Shown: piece by piece, positions 38,341 through 50,942 of the stretch
How the letters are laid out: each line of letters begins with the position of its first letter
Numbering within the stretch: the stretch's first letter is position 1
Source of the DNA: Antechinus flavipes
Taxonomy: Eukaryota
Assembly (NCBI RefSeq): GCF_016432865.1
Contig: NC_067400.1
Span: 556,636,001 to 556,700,000 of the forward strand
Direction of reading: 5' to 3'
Length of the DNA stretch: 64,000 nt
Program-made: the position numbers and the translations under genes
Notes under the pieces: model-generated
What the model saw: only the letters and a program-made list of their open reading frames with translations
Database searches by the model: none
What the model was told of the DNA's origin: nothing

Positions 38341-38350
38341 GAGAGAGATG
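38250..38350. repeat. Compound (CA)/(TG)/(GA)/(GACA) microsatellite
   Basis: Read directly from the sequence. Confidence 0.85.
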
Positions 38351-38570
38351 TTCAGTTCTCTTAGTCGTTTTCAATTCTTCACGATCCCCTTTTGGGTTTT
38401 GCTTTTGCAAAGATACTACAGCAGGCTGCCATTTCCTTCCCCATTTCATTTTACAAATGAAGACACTGAGACAAACAGGGTTAAGTGGCTTGCTAGTAAA
38501 TGTCTGAGGCTGAATTTGACCTCAGTTTTCCCTACTCTAGTTCTATATTTGCTTCCCCTTCCTCCAACTG
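38350..38570 (-). mobile_element. MAR1-type SINE
   Basis: gttcagttctcttagtcgtttt...cttcacgatcccttttggg...aaacagggttaagtggcttgc...gaggctgaatttgacctcag. Confidence 0.75.
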
Positions 38571-39139
38571 TGATAAATTTGAAAAGAAGAGAAAACAAAT
38601 AGATTTCTTTTTGGTTTTATTTTTCTTTAAACAGACATGTAGAAAAGTACTATAGAAATGAAATGCATGAACTTTTAGATAGGAACTATATTATTAATTT
38701 TATTTAACTGCTTTATTTTGTTACAGGTAATCTGGGAATAATCTATACATGTTTGTAATATTAAAAAAATCAACAAAATAGAAATAATACCATGATCTTC
38801 AAAATTTTACTATTCTGTGGCAAAATTCTGTTTACCCTACTCTACTTTTACCACTGACTAGGAGCCTTGACTTCTAGTTCCTGCATTTATTTTCTTACAA
38901 GATCATGTTAGGGCTAAAGCACAGGTAACAAGTCAAGAAGAGAGAGGACGAGGGTGATATTTATCAGTTATTCAAGGTCATTTGGATGGGGTCAAGGTCT
39001 TACTATATTTTCATTAGACCCAGACTACCTCTTATGGGATCTCACTATTTAGAAACTAATATCCTCTTCTTCAGACCTTGCTACCACTTCATGGCTTCTC
39101 ATGTTCTTTTCCCCAACCCCTAATCTTGAGCTACCGTAA

Positions 39140-39402
39140 CTGCTCACCAGCCCAGGGACTTAGGAGTCCTTAGGAAATAGCTGAGGGACCAAAAGATTCC
39201 CCAGATACCTAAGCAGAAGGTACCCAAGCAGAAATTCCCCAGAAATCTGACAAAAAGGGTGAAGTTTCCTGAGGAGAATTCATCTTGGATAAATGTGCCA
39301 CCTCATGTGCCTCTGAAAAGACTCCAGTGACAATGGCAGAAATGAGCCCTTGGATAAGATCAGAGTTTTTTCCTCAGCACTGTGGCACTGGCTCTGGTGA
39401 GT
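39140..39402 (+). promoter_or_regulatory. Candidate promoter and non-coding first exon of the OR51B6-like gene
   Basis: Cluster of O/E (EBF)-like sites (cccagggact, tccttaggaa, ttcctgaggag) in non-repeat DNA, followed by the consensus donor CTG|GTGAGT at 39396/39397. Confidence 0.4.
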
Positions 39403-40206
39403 GAGGGGGAATAGGAAATAGATGTGGGGAGTGGATTTGCCTTTAGATCTGATTTCCTTACCATCTTTATAAATGGAACAGAGAAGCCTATTCTCAGTAT
39501 TCTGGCATGACTGCATGGACACTATTCAGCTTAAAGAGACAGTTTCATAGAATTTTTGACTCAGAAACTCACACAGAAAGATCACATTTGATCTCAAGTC
39601 CTGTCTTTGATATAATAGAAAATCTGCTCTTGAGTTAGAAGTTATAGGTTAAATCCTCTCCCTTCTATTTACTTATTATGTGATTTTGGATTAGAATAAT
39701 TTAATCTTCCCATACTTCAATGTATTTTTCTATAAAAGCAGGGAATTGTGTTAGACAGCTTCTAAGGTCCCTCCTAAACCTGTAATTAAAATTCTCTGTC
39801 TGTTTTCAGAAAAATAACTTAGCTTCTCTGAACCTCAGTTTCCTTCTATAAAATCAGAGTTTTGGATTAGATGTCCTCTAGAGTCACTTCCAACTTGAGC
39901 AATTCTCAGGACAGCTTCAATTGAGACTTAAGTCAAGCTTCCTTATTCTCTCTTATAAGAGTCCACTTATTTCTGGAACAGAAAAGAGAGGATTTAGAAA
40001 AGAATAAATGGAAAATGGATATACAATCCTAGGGATATAATGTCCATTTCTACATCTGTATAATTCTCTTTTCAATACTAAACATCCTCTCATCTCCCTC
40101 AATATAAACCCTAAGGACCTCCCAAAGCATTTCTCAGCTCTCAAACAAGGACTGAAAATGCATGTATCTTTTTCCAGGCTGTTGTTTGGATAATTATAGA
40201 AAGGGT

Positions 40207-40377
40207 NNNNNNNNNNNNNNNNNNNNNNNNNNNNNNNNNNNNNNNNNNNNNNNNNNNNNNNNNNNNNNNNNNNNNNNNNNNNNNNNNNNNNNNNNNNNNN
40301 NNNNNNNNNNNNNNNNNNNNNNNNNNNNNNNNNNNNNNNNNNNNNNNNNNNNNNNNNNNNNNNNNNNNNNNNNNNNN
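40207..40377. other. Assembly gap (171 N)
   Basis: Run of N. Confidence 1.
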
Positions 40378-41324
40378 GGAGAACATTGCCTGAGCACTAA
40401 ATAAGACCAGAGAAAGACCAAGAGTGAATTTCTCTAAGGCATCATCTACTCCTAGGAAAACTCTAGAGCTTGACACTTTAGGTTTCTAGAGGGCTTAGTG
40501 ATGCCCAGAAAGACAGAAACACTGCTTGAGCTGCTCTAATACAGTGATCCATAGAATTTTCTAAAATTTTGTGAATTTAACACATCTTAGACATGTCAAT
40601 AGCCAATAATCACATGAATATAGTCACCTATAATAAAATATCTAGACCCCATATGCTATGTGTATTCATGTAAATATCTATAACTTTGTCTAGCATATCA
40701 AAGTTTTGTGAATAATCATGATTTTTCAGCTTGTGGAACTCCATTGTAATTTTTATGACACATATATAAATATGGATATGAATATATACATATATGATAT
40801 GTATGTGTATACATACATACATACATACATACATGAGTCAGCAGGGTGTGGGGCAAACTAGTCTTAAAATCAACAAAACCTGGGTTTGAGTCCCACTTTT
40901 GAAATATATTTACTGTGTCATCCTAAGAAAATCACTTAGCCTTTTAGAGAGAATAGGCAACTCTTTAAGACCATTGAAAAATAGTTGCCAATCTGTGTAA
41001 TAAATACACACAAGTAAAATCACAAATTTGACTTTCTGTGTATTTATTTATTTATTATTACTTATGTATGCCTGTTTGTATATGTATACACACATATGTG
41101 TACCCCTCTACTCACAAACATACTTATATCTATGCATATAGCTGTAATATTAATTTTGATCCAGATCTGTGATTTCAACTGTGTGGAACTTAGAATTTAA
41201 AATCTTCAGGAATTTACTGGGAGCACTAAATGGTTACTTGATTTGTATAGAGTCACACAGTAATTTTGTGATAAGGACTTGAACCCAAATCTTCCTAACT
41301 CTAAGATCCATTTTGTCATGCCAG

Positions 41325-41466
41325 GAGACAGAGAGGAGAGGTCAAGAGAGAGAGTGAAAGAGAAAGAGAGAGAAGAGAGAGATACACACACAGAGAAAGA
41401 GAGAGACAGAGATAGAGATAAAGAAAGATAGAGACAGAGACGGAGAAACAGACAGAGATAGATAGT

Positions 41467-41548
<82 letters not shown>

Positions 41549-41635
41549 AAACAGAGAGAGAAAATAAGAGAGAGAAATATGCTGATAATATAGAGACAAA
41601 TGGACAGAAACAGAAGCATAACTGAGATAAAGAAG
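41325..41635. repeat. Long compound (GA)n purine tract
   Basis: Read directly; it produces the Leu/Ser-rich spurious ORFs at 41206-41752. Confidence 0.95.
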
Positions 41636-42949
41636 AGTGTGTGTAATAAACACAAGTATATACAGTATATACAGGCACACATACAATTGTAATTGTGATT
41701 TGTAGGTACAAGGAAGCAGAATCTGACACCACCCTGTTGTCACTTTCTTCAAATAGATTTTGTTACCTCCTGTTACCAGTAACTTTAATCTTTTGAATTT
41801 TCATTCACACAGTATCTTTTCCTCTGTATTAGATTAAGAAATAGCTTACAAGAAATATAAGCTCTTTCTCCTTACTTTGTAAGAGATATGATAACTGGAG
41901 TTTGCTAGCAAAAAGAGGCTAGAATTCCAAACAGAGGCATTTTTGATACAAGGCTTCACAATGTTCTAGACAAATAGAGACAACCAAGAAAGGTAGAGCT
42001 TTACAGAGCTTCTACCTTTATTAAAGTGGGTCTGCAGATAAGAGGAGACTTTCTGTAATTTCATCCACAATTTTAGCCAGTAATGCCATGATAGAACTAG
42101 TTTCACATCCTAGGATACAGCAGCATAATATAGAAAGATATTATTTGTGATGATAAACTTGCAAAGACCTATCCAGGTTCTTCTGGAAAGACTTGGCCAT
42201 TGAGTTAATAAAATGGGATTTTCTCCCTTTCTTTGATTGAGATCCAAGTCACAAGCCCAGGGACACATAGTTAGTAGATGTCCTAAATGACACTTGAATC
42301 ACTACTCCTTTGGTTCTCTTCTCTCTATTACTTCATGAATCACCTCAACACTAATGCAACAGAGTTACTTTGAGGATCAAATGAAGTAGTACATGTGAAG
42401 TCCTTTGCAGATTTTAAGTGTTATCTGCACATAAGTTCTTAAATGGAAAGCAACAAGTTGAAGTCACAGGGAGACAGAAAAAAAAATGTTCTAATCCTTA
42501 AAGCTCTCAAAAAAAAAAAAAAATGGAATGGAATGGGATGCCCTGGGAGATAGAAGATTCTCCATCAGTAATTTATCACGTGACTAGGAAAAGGGAAAAA
42601 GTGACTGGGAAGTATAGTATCTGATCACAGATACCAAAGTAAAGGCCAGATGACTACTGATCAGAGATTTTGTGAATTGGCTCCTTATTCAGGCATAAAT
42701 TGAACTAGATGATTTCTGCCTCCCTCATCAGTTCTAAAATCATATCATTCTATGTGTCTGTTTCCTATCCCTCAGGCTTTCCAAAGAAAAGACAAATCTT
42801 TCTCTTTCTTGCTGTCCCTGAATTAGCACTGGGAAAATGGGCAGTATTTAAATAAGTCCTTTGCTTCAAGAAATCCCCAAGGCTTGGGAAGTATAAATTA
42901 CAGCCTCCAGAAGGGAGTCTTTTTTACCTGTAAAGACCCCCCTTCCAAC

Positions 42950-43891
42950 ATGTGGTCCAACAGCAGCAACAGTGCCCCCTTTTTGCTGACTGGTTTCCCA
43001 GGCATGGAAGCAACTCACCGCTGGATCTCTATCCCCTTCTTTACAGTATATGTTTCTGTTATTTTTGGCAATGGCACTCTTCTCTTTCTCATAAAGAATG
43101 ACCACAGTCTCCATGAACCCATGTACTATTTCCTGGCCATGCTGGCAACCACAGATCTTGGAGTGACTTTAACTACAATGCCCACAGTTCTGGGGGTCTT
43201 GTGGCTGAATCAGAGAGAGATTGGCCATGGCATCTGCTTCTCTCAGGCTTACTTCATCCACACACTGTCTATAGTGGAGTCAGGTGTCCTGCTCGCCATG
43301 GCCTATGATCGCTTTGTTGCCATTTGCAACCCACTGAGATACACAACTATCCTTACCAATTCCCAGGTGATAAAGATTGGGACTGTGGTACTGATGAGGG
43401 CTGCTTTATCTATTATGCCCATAATTGTGAGACTTCACTGGCTCCCTTATTGCCATTCTCACATCCTCTCTCATGCTTTCTGCCTTCACCAGGACGTCAT
43501 CAAGTTGGCTTGCGCTGACATCACCTTCAATCGCCTCTACCCTGTTGTAGTTGTGTTTGCAATGGTTCTAGTGGACTTTTTAATTATCGTCTTCTCTTAT
43601 GTTCTGATACTCAAGACAGTCATGGGCATTGCATCTGGGGAAGAACGGGCCAAGGCCCTCAACACCTGTGTGTCCCACATTTGCTGCATCCTTGTCTTTT
43701 ATGTCACTGTAGTTGGACTGACTTTCATCCATCGCTTTGGGAAACATGTACCGCATGTGGTCCATATCACAATGAGCTATGTCTACTTTCTTTTCCCCCC
43801 ATTAATGAACCCAGTGATCTATAGTGTCAAGACTAAGCAAATACAGAATGGTTTTCTCCGCATGTTCTCTCATCATAAAACTGGAGCATAA
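42950..43891 (+). CDS. OR51B6: Class I olfactory receptor, OR51B6-like body with an OR51B5-like C-terminus (313 aa from ATG at 42950)
   Basis: Intact [37 protein letters not shown] and [16 protein letters not shown] match human OR51B6 as remembered. Acceptor-like tcttttttacctgtaaAG at 42935; AATAAA at 43954. Confidence 0.92.
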   Translation: MWSNSSNSAPFLLTGFPGMEATHRWISIPFFTVYVSVIFGNGTLLFLIKNDHSLHEPMYYFLAMLATTDLGVTLTTMPTVLGVLWLNQREIGHGICFSQAYFIHTLSIVESGVLLAMAYDRFVAICNPLRYTTILTNSQVIKIGTVVLMRAALSIMPIIVRLHWLPYCHSHILSHAFCLHQDVIKLACADITFNRLYPVVVVFAMVLVDFLIIVFSYVLILKTVMGIASGEERAKALNTCVSHICCILVFYVTVVGLTFIHRFGKHVPHVVHITMSYVYFLFPPLMNPVIYSVKTKQIQNGFLRMFSHHKTGA

Positions 43892-44519
43892 CCTCTCTTT
43901 AGATAAAGCATATGAAATCCTGAGTTATGGTTTGCAGAGATGAGTTTTGGTGGAATAAATAATTCTAATATAATAATAATGGAAACTATAAGGAAGTCAT
44001 AGTTTTATAAGATTATATATTGTAAAGAAATGTAAAGGAGAATTGATCCTAAAGAAAAAGCTAATAAGTGTAAAATCAAACATGACTCACCATCATCAAG
44101 AGAAAGGGATTTTAATGAACCCAAAGGAAAAAATGCACAGGGCTATTTACAAAGACACAAAGGGAGGCATAAGAGCAAAGGATAGGTTCCTAAGAAATAG
44201 CATATTAGATTCAGGATCACAAGAAGGCTAGAAAGGAAAGGAAAAATCAGTGCTCTAGTTGTGAGGTCCATTTTTTGAATATGTAAAAGTCTTGAATAAC
44301 CAAGTTTGGGAAATTTTCCCAAAAACATCACTATTGGAGATCTGGGATTACAGGGACCATAGCTTATAATTTAAGACTTCATATTATTTGCAAATGCAGT
44401 AGATTAGTAGGTGATAAATCTTGGTTCCTCATTTTAAATTCCTTTTGTATTTTGTTTGGTCCTGGGGGGAAAAAAAAAAAAAGCCCTGGATTTGTAGTCC
44501 AAAGACCTGAGTTCAAATT

Positions 44520-44830
44520 ACAACAAATCCCAAACTGCATGATTCTCTCAGGATTGTTAAATGAAAACCAGATTAGATTTGGCCCCAGAAGTTAGAACTA
44601 AAAACAATTTGTGGACTTACAGGAAAGTATATTTGGGGGTCAAAAAAACAAAGAATTTCTTAATAATTAGAGCTGTTAAAAAAAAAAAAGTATAGCTAGA
44701 TCCCTCAAAAGATATGAACTCACACTAGAATTCTTCAACCAGAAGATAGGCAATCATTTGTCTATAATACTATAAATGGATATCGGGTGAATGAGGTTGG
44801 ATTAGATGACCTCTCTGAATCTTTATAACT
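44520..44830 (+). mobile_element. CR1/L3 3' end (preceded by a MIR fragment)
   Basis: aagaatttcttaataattagagctgtt...ggttggattagatgacctct...actttgaaattc. Confidence 0.6.
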
Positions 44831-45039
44831 TTGAAATTCACCAATAATTCTGTGATATATACACATTGTTTCTTCTCATCTTAATGGAAGATTCTAATCA
44901 ATATAGCCTAAAAAAAAAAAAAAAAAAACTTAAGCTAAAAGTTGTTATGGAAAAACAAGCATATATTGAACCTATACCCAGTCCTGGATTCTGCAATATA
45001 ATCAAACTGAACTCGTCTCCATTTCTCACATATATCACT

Positions 45040-45400
45040 CCATCTCCCATCTCCATGCTTTTTGCACTGGTCAGTCAGTTCCCATCCCTGGAGTGCTTTA
45101 AAAATGCCACTTAGGCACCATTTTCTACATAAAGCCTTTCCTGATCTCTTGAACTGTTAAGGTCTTTCTTCCCTCACTAATTTGTCTTTAAATAACTTGT
45201 CTATATTTATATTTATTGATTTCATATTAATACCATATATATTTTTATATGTAATTGTTATCGCCTCTAATGGAATTTACTTATTATGAGTAAGGACTGC
45301 TTCATTCTTTGTCCTTATATCCTCAAAGCCTAGCATAGAGTCTGGGAAAAAAGTAAGAATTTCATTAACATTTATTGGCTTATCAATTGATTAATTGACA
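45040..45400 (+). mobile_element. LINE-2 3' end
   Basis: aagcctttcctgatctc...gtaaggactgcttcattc...cctagcatagagtctgg. Confidence 0.6.
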
Positions 45401-46295
45401 ATTGATTTAATTGACATTAATTGATGTAAGATACAGTTCAACTGGATCATCTCAAGTATTTTGTAGATGAAACTAAAAGGACAATAAATAGAATTGAAAT
45501 GCTACATGTCTGCTAACTTTTTATTGCAATTTATTCTCATAAGAAAGAATAATAGAAATATTTGGCCTCTACCACATAAAGACTATCTAATTCCTTATCT
45601 TCTTCACACACACTCAGTCTCCAGACTACTTATTCTTTTAGCGGTGAAAATATTAATAATGTCTTTCCTAAATTTCTTCTTCTCCAGGCTAAATATCCAG
45701 AGTTCCTTCAACTGTTAACATAAGTCTCCAGTCTTCTAAGTGTTCTAGTCCCCATCTTTTTAGTCACACTAATTTTTGCCAATGTCCTTTATGCAATTGT
45801 TTATTTGGACAGATTGTTGGAACAATAGAACTTTAAGGTTGGGTGGGATGGGGAGGGGGGGAACCTTGGATCACTGGGATCACTTTACAATCACTGACAG
45901 ATTATTAGAACAGAAGCACCCCAAGGTCAGGGGAATCTCCCTACTGCTGTCTCCCCTAGAAGCTATATTCCATCAATTTTGCTTTCCTTTTGTACATGTT
46001 ATATTTATTTATTTTCGTATATTTCTGTTTCACCACAGTTGAACATAAACTTCTTGTAGACAAAGACTATTTCATTTTTGTCTTTGTAACTCCAGTCGCT
46101 AGAAAATTGTCTAGCACAGCCCAAATTTTTAATTAATGCTTCCTGAATTGGATGCACCAAAACATAAAGTCCTTGAGAGCAGGCATTGTTTTTCATTTTG
46201 TTTCCATTTCCCCATGGCCTATCATAGAAAAATATTTATATTGTAGATGCAAAAGACATTTTTGTTTAATATGACTTAGCAGAATTCCTAGGCCA

Positions 46296-46826
46296 TGTAA
46301 TGCTGAAGAAAATGAGGCAAGATAGAGATTAGAGAGTTTTAATATTTTATTAGAGAGCTTGATTGATTGACTGGATTGGACACATGTCTTAAAGAATCCA
46401 GAAGCTAATGAAGAATTCCAGGGATTTTTATAAGACTCCAACTATCAGGGAAACAAAGACAGGGATGGTGAGAGCACTGGTGAGTGAGAATTTCCAGGAA
46501 CAGACCATAATTTGGTTCCAACAGGTTGAGGATAAGGTAAATCCTTATAAATTGGGAGTGAAGAAGTTGGTCAAACTAGAGACAGAAAGTCTGGAACAAG
46601 AGATATGTTTACCTATTTCTAAATAAACTATCTGCAATTTATGGCTCTATGGAATGCTAATAGTCAGAGTCCCAGCCCTAATTTATATCAGTCCTAATGG
46701 TCAGGGAAAAGGGGGGGACATAGCATACTAGCTCAGGGAAACTGAAATATCATAATTCAGGGAACCTGAGGTATTATAATTCACAGAAACTGAGGCAGAA
46801 CAATTCAAGGAAACTGTAGCATAACA
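46296..46826 (-). mobile_element. Solo ERV LTR (family B), copy 2
   Basis: tgtaatgc...gcataaca with a perfect 4 bp TSD GCCA (46292-46295 / 46827-46830). Confidence 0.9.
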
Positions 46827-47389
46827 GCCACAATTCCTCATTTTTAAGAAAACTTTTAATGTCATTTTTTCTTTACTTGTCTACTTCTGACTATTGATAA
46901 CAAATACTGCTCTAACTATTCAGATCATCTAATATAGTGAAGAGCATGACTATGGGCCACATCATTACAGACTTGTTGAAGTTCTAAGTTTTATCCGAAG
47001 CTCAATCTTAGTGTTTTGTTTTTCTCTACATATGTTTTCTCCCTTGTTAACCTTAACAACTCACATAACTTCAATTATCATGTCTAAGCTATTAAATTTC
47101 AAATATACAATTCTATTCCAGACCTCTCTCTTGAGCTCTCTTGCCACATTTCTAATTATCTTTAAAAGAGGAACAAGCAGCTAGGTGGTATAGTAGATAA
47201 AGCACTTGGTCTGCAGACAGAAATACATGAAATCAAAACTGACCTCAAAGACTTATAAGTGGCCCTGGACAAATCACTCAGATTCTATCTGATGCAGTTT
47301 CCTTCATAGTGAAATGAGAGTAATATTGTGAAGATTACATGAATTAGAACAGGATGGGATAGACATGATCAAACAATTTATCTGATGTA

Positions 47390-47760
47390 GACCGATGATT
47401 TTTTTTAATAGACTGAATGTTCAATGAATCAAAAGTTTAACACATCAAATCCTTTCCCTTAAAAAAAATCTCCAAAAATCTAACACAACCTTATATTGAA
47501 TTAACAGATTTTAGTTGCATTAACTACTAACTTCTGTAAATTAATAGTGCAACAATAATCCCCATCTAAAATTTAAATGATCTTAAATTGCATTGATTAC
47601 TCAATTAATTAAGTTGTGAGTGGATTAGAACAAGATGAAAACTAGTCTCATCATACTCTGCTGTCATTAGACCACAGATGAAGTAATGTATTTTGTTCTG
47701 GGAGTCACATTTTAGAAAGGCAATTGACATATACATATTTAAGAAAGAAACCAGGGGAAC
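47390..47760 (+). mobile_element. CR1/L3 ORF2 fragment
   Basis: catactctgctgtcattagaccac...gttctgggagtcacattttagaaagg resembles CR1 ORF2 (YSALxRPxL..W). Confidence 0.5.
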
Positions 47761-48959
47761 AAAGAATTTTTTAAAATGTTACAAAAGGATTGGCAACTGT
47801 TATACAAAAAAAATATATTTCTCACAGCCTAAAGTAATAACCAGATGCACACAATAACCCTAAGTGGGACTGGGCTTAGGATGTATACAATGATGGGAAT
47901 GAGCTTAAGAGGACTTCCAGGGTCAGTATTTTTGGAGAACAATAATTGACCTTACCTGTAGAAGCACCTCACAGGTGTGATGCCCAAGTAAGCAGAAGAA
48001 CAGAAATTGGCAAGTTCACTCTATGGTCATGCTTGTCACTTTGATCTAGTGTGTGAGACTAAGTTCAGGTTCTCGTGAGAAACTTAGAATCCTTTTTGAT
48101 TCAGCAAGAAGAATAAATAACTTTGCATACCAGGAAAAAAAAATTACAAAACATAATATTTGTATTTAGCATAAGACAGTACAACAGAGGTGCTTAATAA
48201 ACACTTGTTTCCATCCTTGTTTCCTTCTTTCCAATTTATTCAGCTGCCCAGGATATAGTATACCCTCAAGAGGAAGGAAGCAACTATGAGTTGGTACTTA
48301 ATAAGTGCTTAATTCCTTTCTCCCACCCTTTGTCTTCCTTTGTTTCCTTCTTATAAAACATCATTACCTGTCTGCCTCATAGTAACTCCAAATTCTATAT
48401 ATCCAAGAGACTTCACCACCTTTTATCCTCTCTCCAAATAAATCAACAAATAAATAATCCTGTCAGTTTTCCTAATACTCATCTGTTAATAGTATTACCA
48501 ATCTTCTAGTCATCCAAGATCTAACCCTTATGGGTCTCTACAACTCATCATAATCGGTTACCAAAATCAGTCATTTCTCTGCTACAATATTTTTTGTATT
48601 CAGATTCTCTCCAGTTAGTCTGTCACCATCCTATTTCTAGCCATTGATTTTTGTATTGTATTGTATTGATGATTGTAATAGACTAGTAGAAATGAAAGTT
48701 ATGCTCCAGGTGGGGTGTCACATAGGCAGAGTACATTAGGTCAATTAGCAACTTAAGTCTCAGATTGGTAGAGTTAAGAAAAGCAATTGATCGACATAAG
48801 AGTTGAAGATGGATTAATGAAAAAAATAAATGCAGTAGTTCCAAAAAGGGAAAAATATCTATTACAGGCTTGAAAAAATGTTCCAAGTCAGGCTAATGTG
48901 AAACTAGGTGCTCTTTAGAAGATATAGTTCAGCTATGGTAAGGAATAGAAAAGTTACTT

Positions 48960-50803
48960 TTTTTTTTTTTTTTTTAATAATAAATTTTATTTTATTTAAT
49001 AATAACTTCGCATTGACAGAATCCATGCCAGGATAATTTCTACACGACATTATCCCTTGCAATCACTTATGTTTCGTTTTTTCCCCCTCCCTCCCTCCTC
49101 CCCCCCCCCCAGGATGGCAAGCAGTCCTATATATGCTAAACATGTTGCAGTATATCCTAGATACAATACATATTTGCAGAACCAAACAGTTCTCTTGTTG
49201 CACAGGGAGAATTGGATTCAGAAGGTAAAAATAACTCGGGAAGAAAATCAAAAATGCAAATAGTTTACATTCATTTCCCAGTATTCCTTCTTTGGGTGTA
49301 GCTGTTTCTGTCCATCATTTCTCCAATGAAACTCAGTTAAGTCTCTTTGTCAGAGAAATCCACTTCCATCAGAATACATCCTCATACAATATCGTTGTCG
49401 AAGTGTATAATGATCTCCTGGTTCTGCTCATCTCACTTAGCATCAGTCCATGTAGGTCTCTCCAAGCCTCTCTGTATTCATCCTGCTGGTCATTCCTTAC
49501 AGAGCAATAATATTCCATAACATTCATATACCACAATTTACCCAGCCATTCTCCAATTGATGGGCATCCATTCATTTTCCAGTTTCTAGCCACTACAAAC
49601 AGGGCTGCTACAAACATTTTGGCACATACAGGTCCCCTTCCCTTTTTTAGTATCTCTTTGGGGTATAAGCCCAATAGAAACACTGCTGGATCAAAGGGTA
49701 TGCACAGTTTGATAACTTTTTGGGCATAATTCCAGATCGCTCTCCAGAATGGCTGGATTCATTCACAACTCCACCAACAATGTATCAATGTCCCCGTTTC
49801 CCCGCATCCCCTCCAACATTCATCATTGTTTTTTCCTGTCATCTTAGCCAATCTGACAGGAGTGTAGTGATATCTCAGAGTTGTCTTAATTTGCATTTCT
49901 CTGATCAATAGTGATTTGGAACACTCTTTCATGTGAGTGGTAATAGTTTCAATTTCTTCATCTGAAAATTGTCTGTTCATATCCTTTGACCATTTATCAA
50001 TTGGAGAATGGCTTGATTTTTTATAAATTAGAGTCAGTTCTCTATATATTTTGGAAATGAGGCCTTTATCAGAACCTTTAATTGTAAAGATGTTTTCCCA
50101 GTTAGTTACTTCCCTACTAATCTTGTTTGCATTCGTTCTGTTTGTACAAAGGCTTTTTAATTTGATATAATCAAAATTTTCTATTTTGTGATTGGTAATG
50201 GTCTCTAGTTCATCTTTGGTCACAAATTTCTTTCTCCTCCACAAGTCTGAGAGATAAACTATCCTATGTTCCTCTAATTTATTTATAATCTCGTTCTTTA
50301 TGCCTAGGTCATGGACCCATTTTGATCTTATCTTGGTATGTGGTGTTAAGTGTGGGTCCTTGCCTAATTTCTGCCATACTAATTTCCAGTTATCCCAGCA
50401 GTTTTTATCAAATAATGAAATCTTATCCCAAAATTTAGAATCTTTGGGTTTGTCAAACACTAGATTACTATAGTTGACTATTCTGTCTTGTGAACCTAAC
50501 CTTTTCCACTGATCAACTAATCTATTTCTAAGCCAATACCAGATGGTTTTGGTGACTGCTGCTTTATAATATAATTTTAGATCAGGTACAGCTAGACCAC
50601 CTTCATTTGATTTTTTTTTTCATTAATTCCCTTGAGATTCTCGACTTTTTATTGTTCCATATGAATTTTGTTGTTATTTTTTCTAAATCATTAAAATATT
50701 TTCTTGGAAGTCTGATTGGTATAGCACTAAATAAATAGATTAGTTTAGGGAGTATTGTCATCTTTATTATATTTGCTCGGCCTATCCAAGAGCACTTAAT
50801 ATT
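48960..50803 (-). mobile_element. Young 5'-truncated L1 (1844 bp)
   Basis: Perfect 14 bp TSD TAGAAAAGTTACTT (48946-48959 / 50804-50817) and a poly-T tail. ORF2 is readable from [18 protein letters not shown]; there is one TGA at 49759 where Trp is expected, and a homopolymer slip near 50610. Confidence 0.97.
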
Positions 50804-50842
50804 TAGAAAAGTTACTTAAAGAGTTGCAGGAATTACTTAAGA

Positions 50843-50844
<2 letters not shown>

Positions 50845-50912
<68 letters not shown>

Positions 50913-50942
50913 CTCTCCTCTCCTCTCCTCTCCTCCTCTTCT
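50845..50942. repeat. (CT)n/(CTCCT)n microsatellite
   Basis: Read directly from the sequence. Confidence 0.95.

Noticed and set aside
40141-40476. ORFs spanning poly-X
   Set aside because: They are artefacts of the N gap.
41206-41752. Three Leu/Ser-rich ORFs of 136-158 aa
   Set aside because: They are translations of the (TC)n microsatellite.
42884-42949. 22 aa N-terminal extension of the OR51B6-like protein
   Set aside because: It begins at TTG and crosses a likely splice acceptor; the family-typical start is MWSN at 42950.
33103-46826. Two same-orientation family-B LTRs flanking an OR gene, resembling a provirus that captured an OR
   Set aside because: Each LTR has its own TSD (aggg/agga; GCCA/GCCA), their internal parts differ, and no gag/pol lies between them. 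They are independent solo LTRs.
46851-46861. AACTTTTAATG, resembling the H/P-element 13-mer AACTTTTTAATGA
   Set aside because: It is an imperfect match (one T short, wrong last base), isolated next to an LTR.
49369-50460. 233 aa and 104 aa ORFs as host genes
   Set aside because: They are L1 ORF2 C-terminal fragments inside a TSD-bounded L1.
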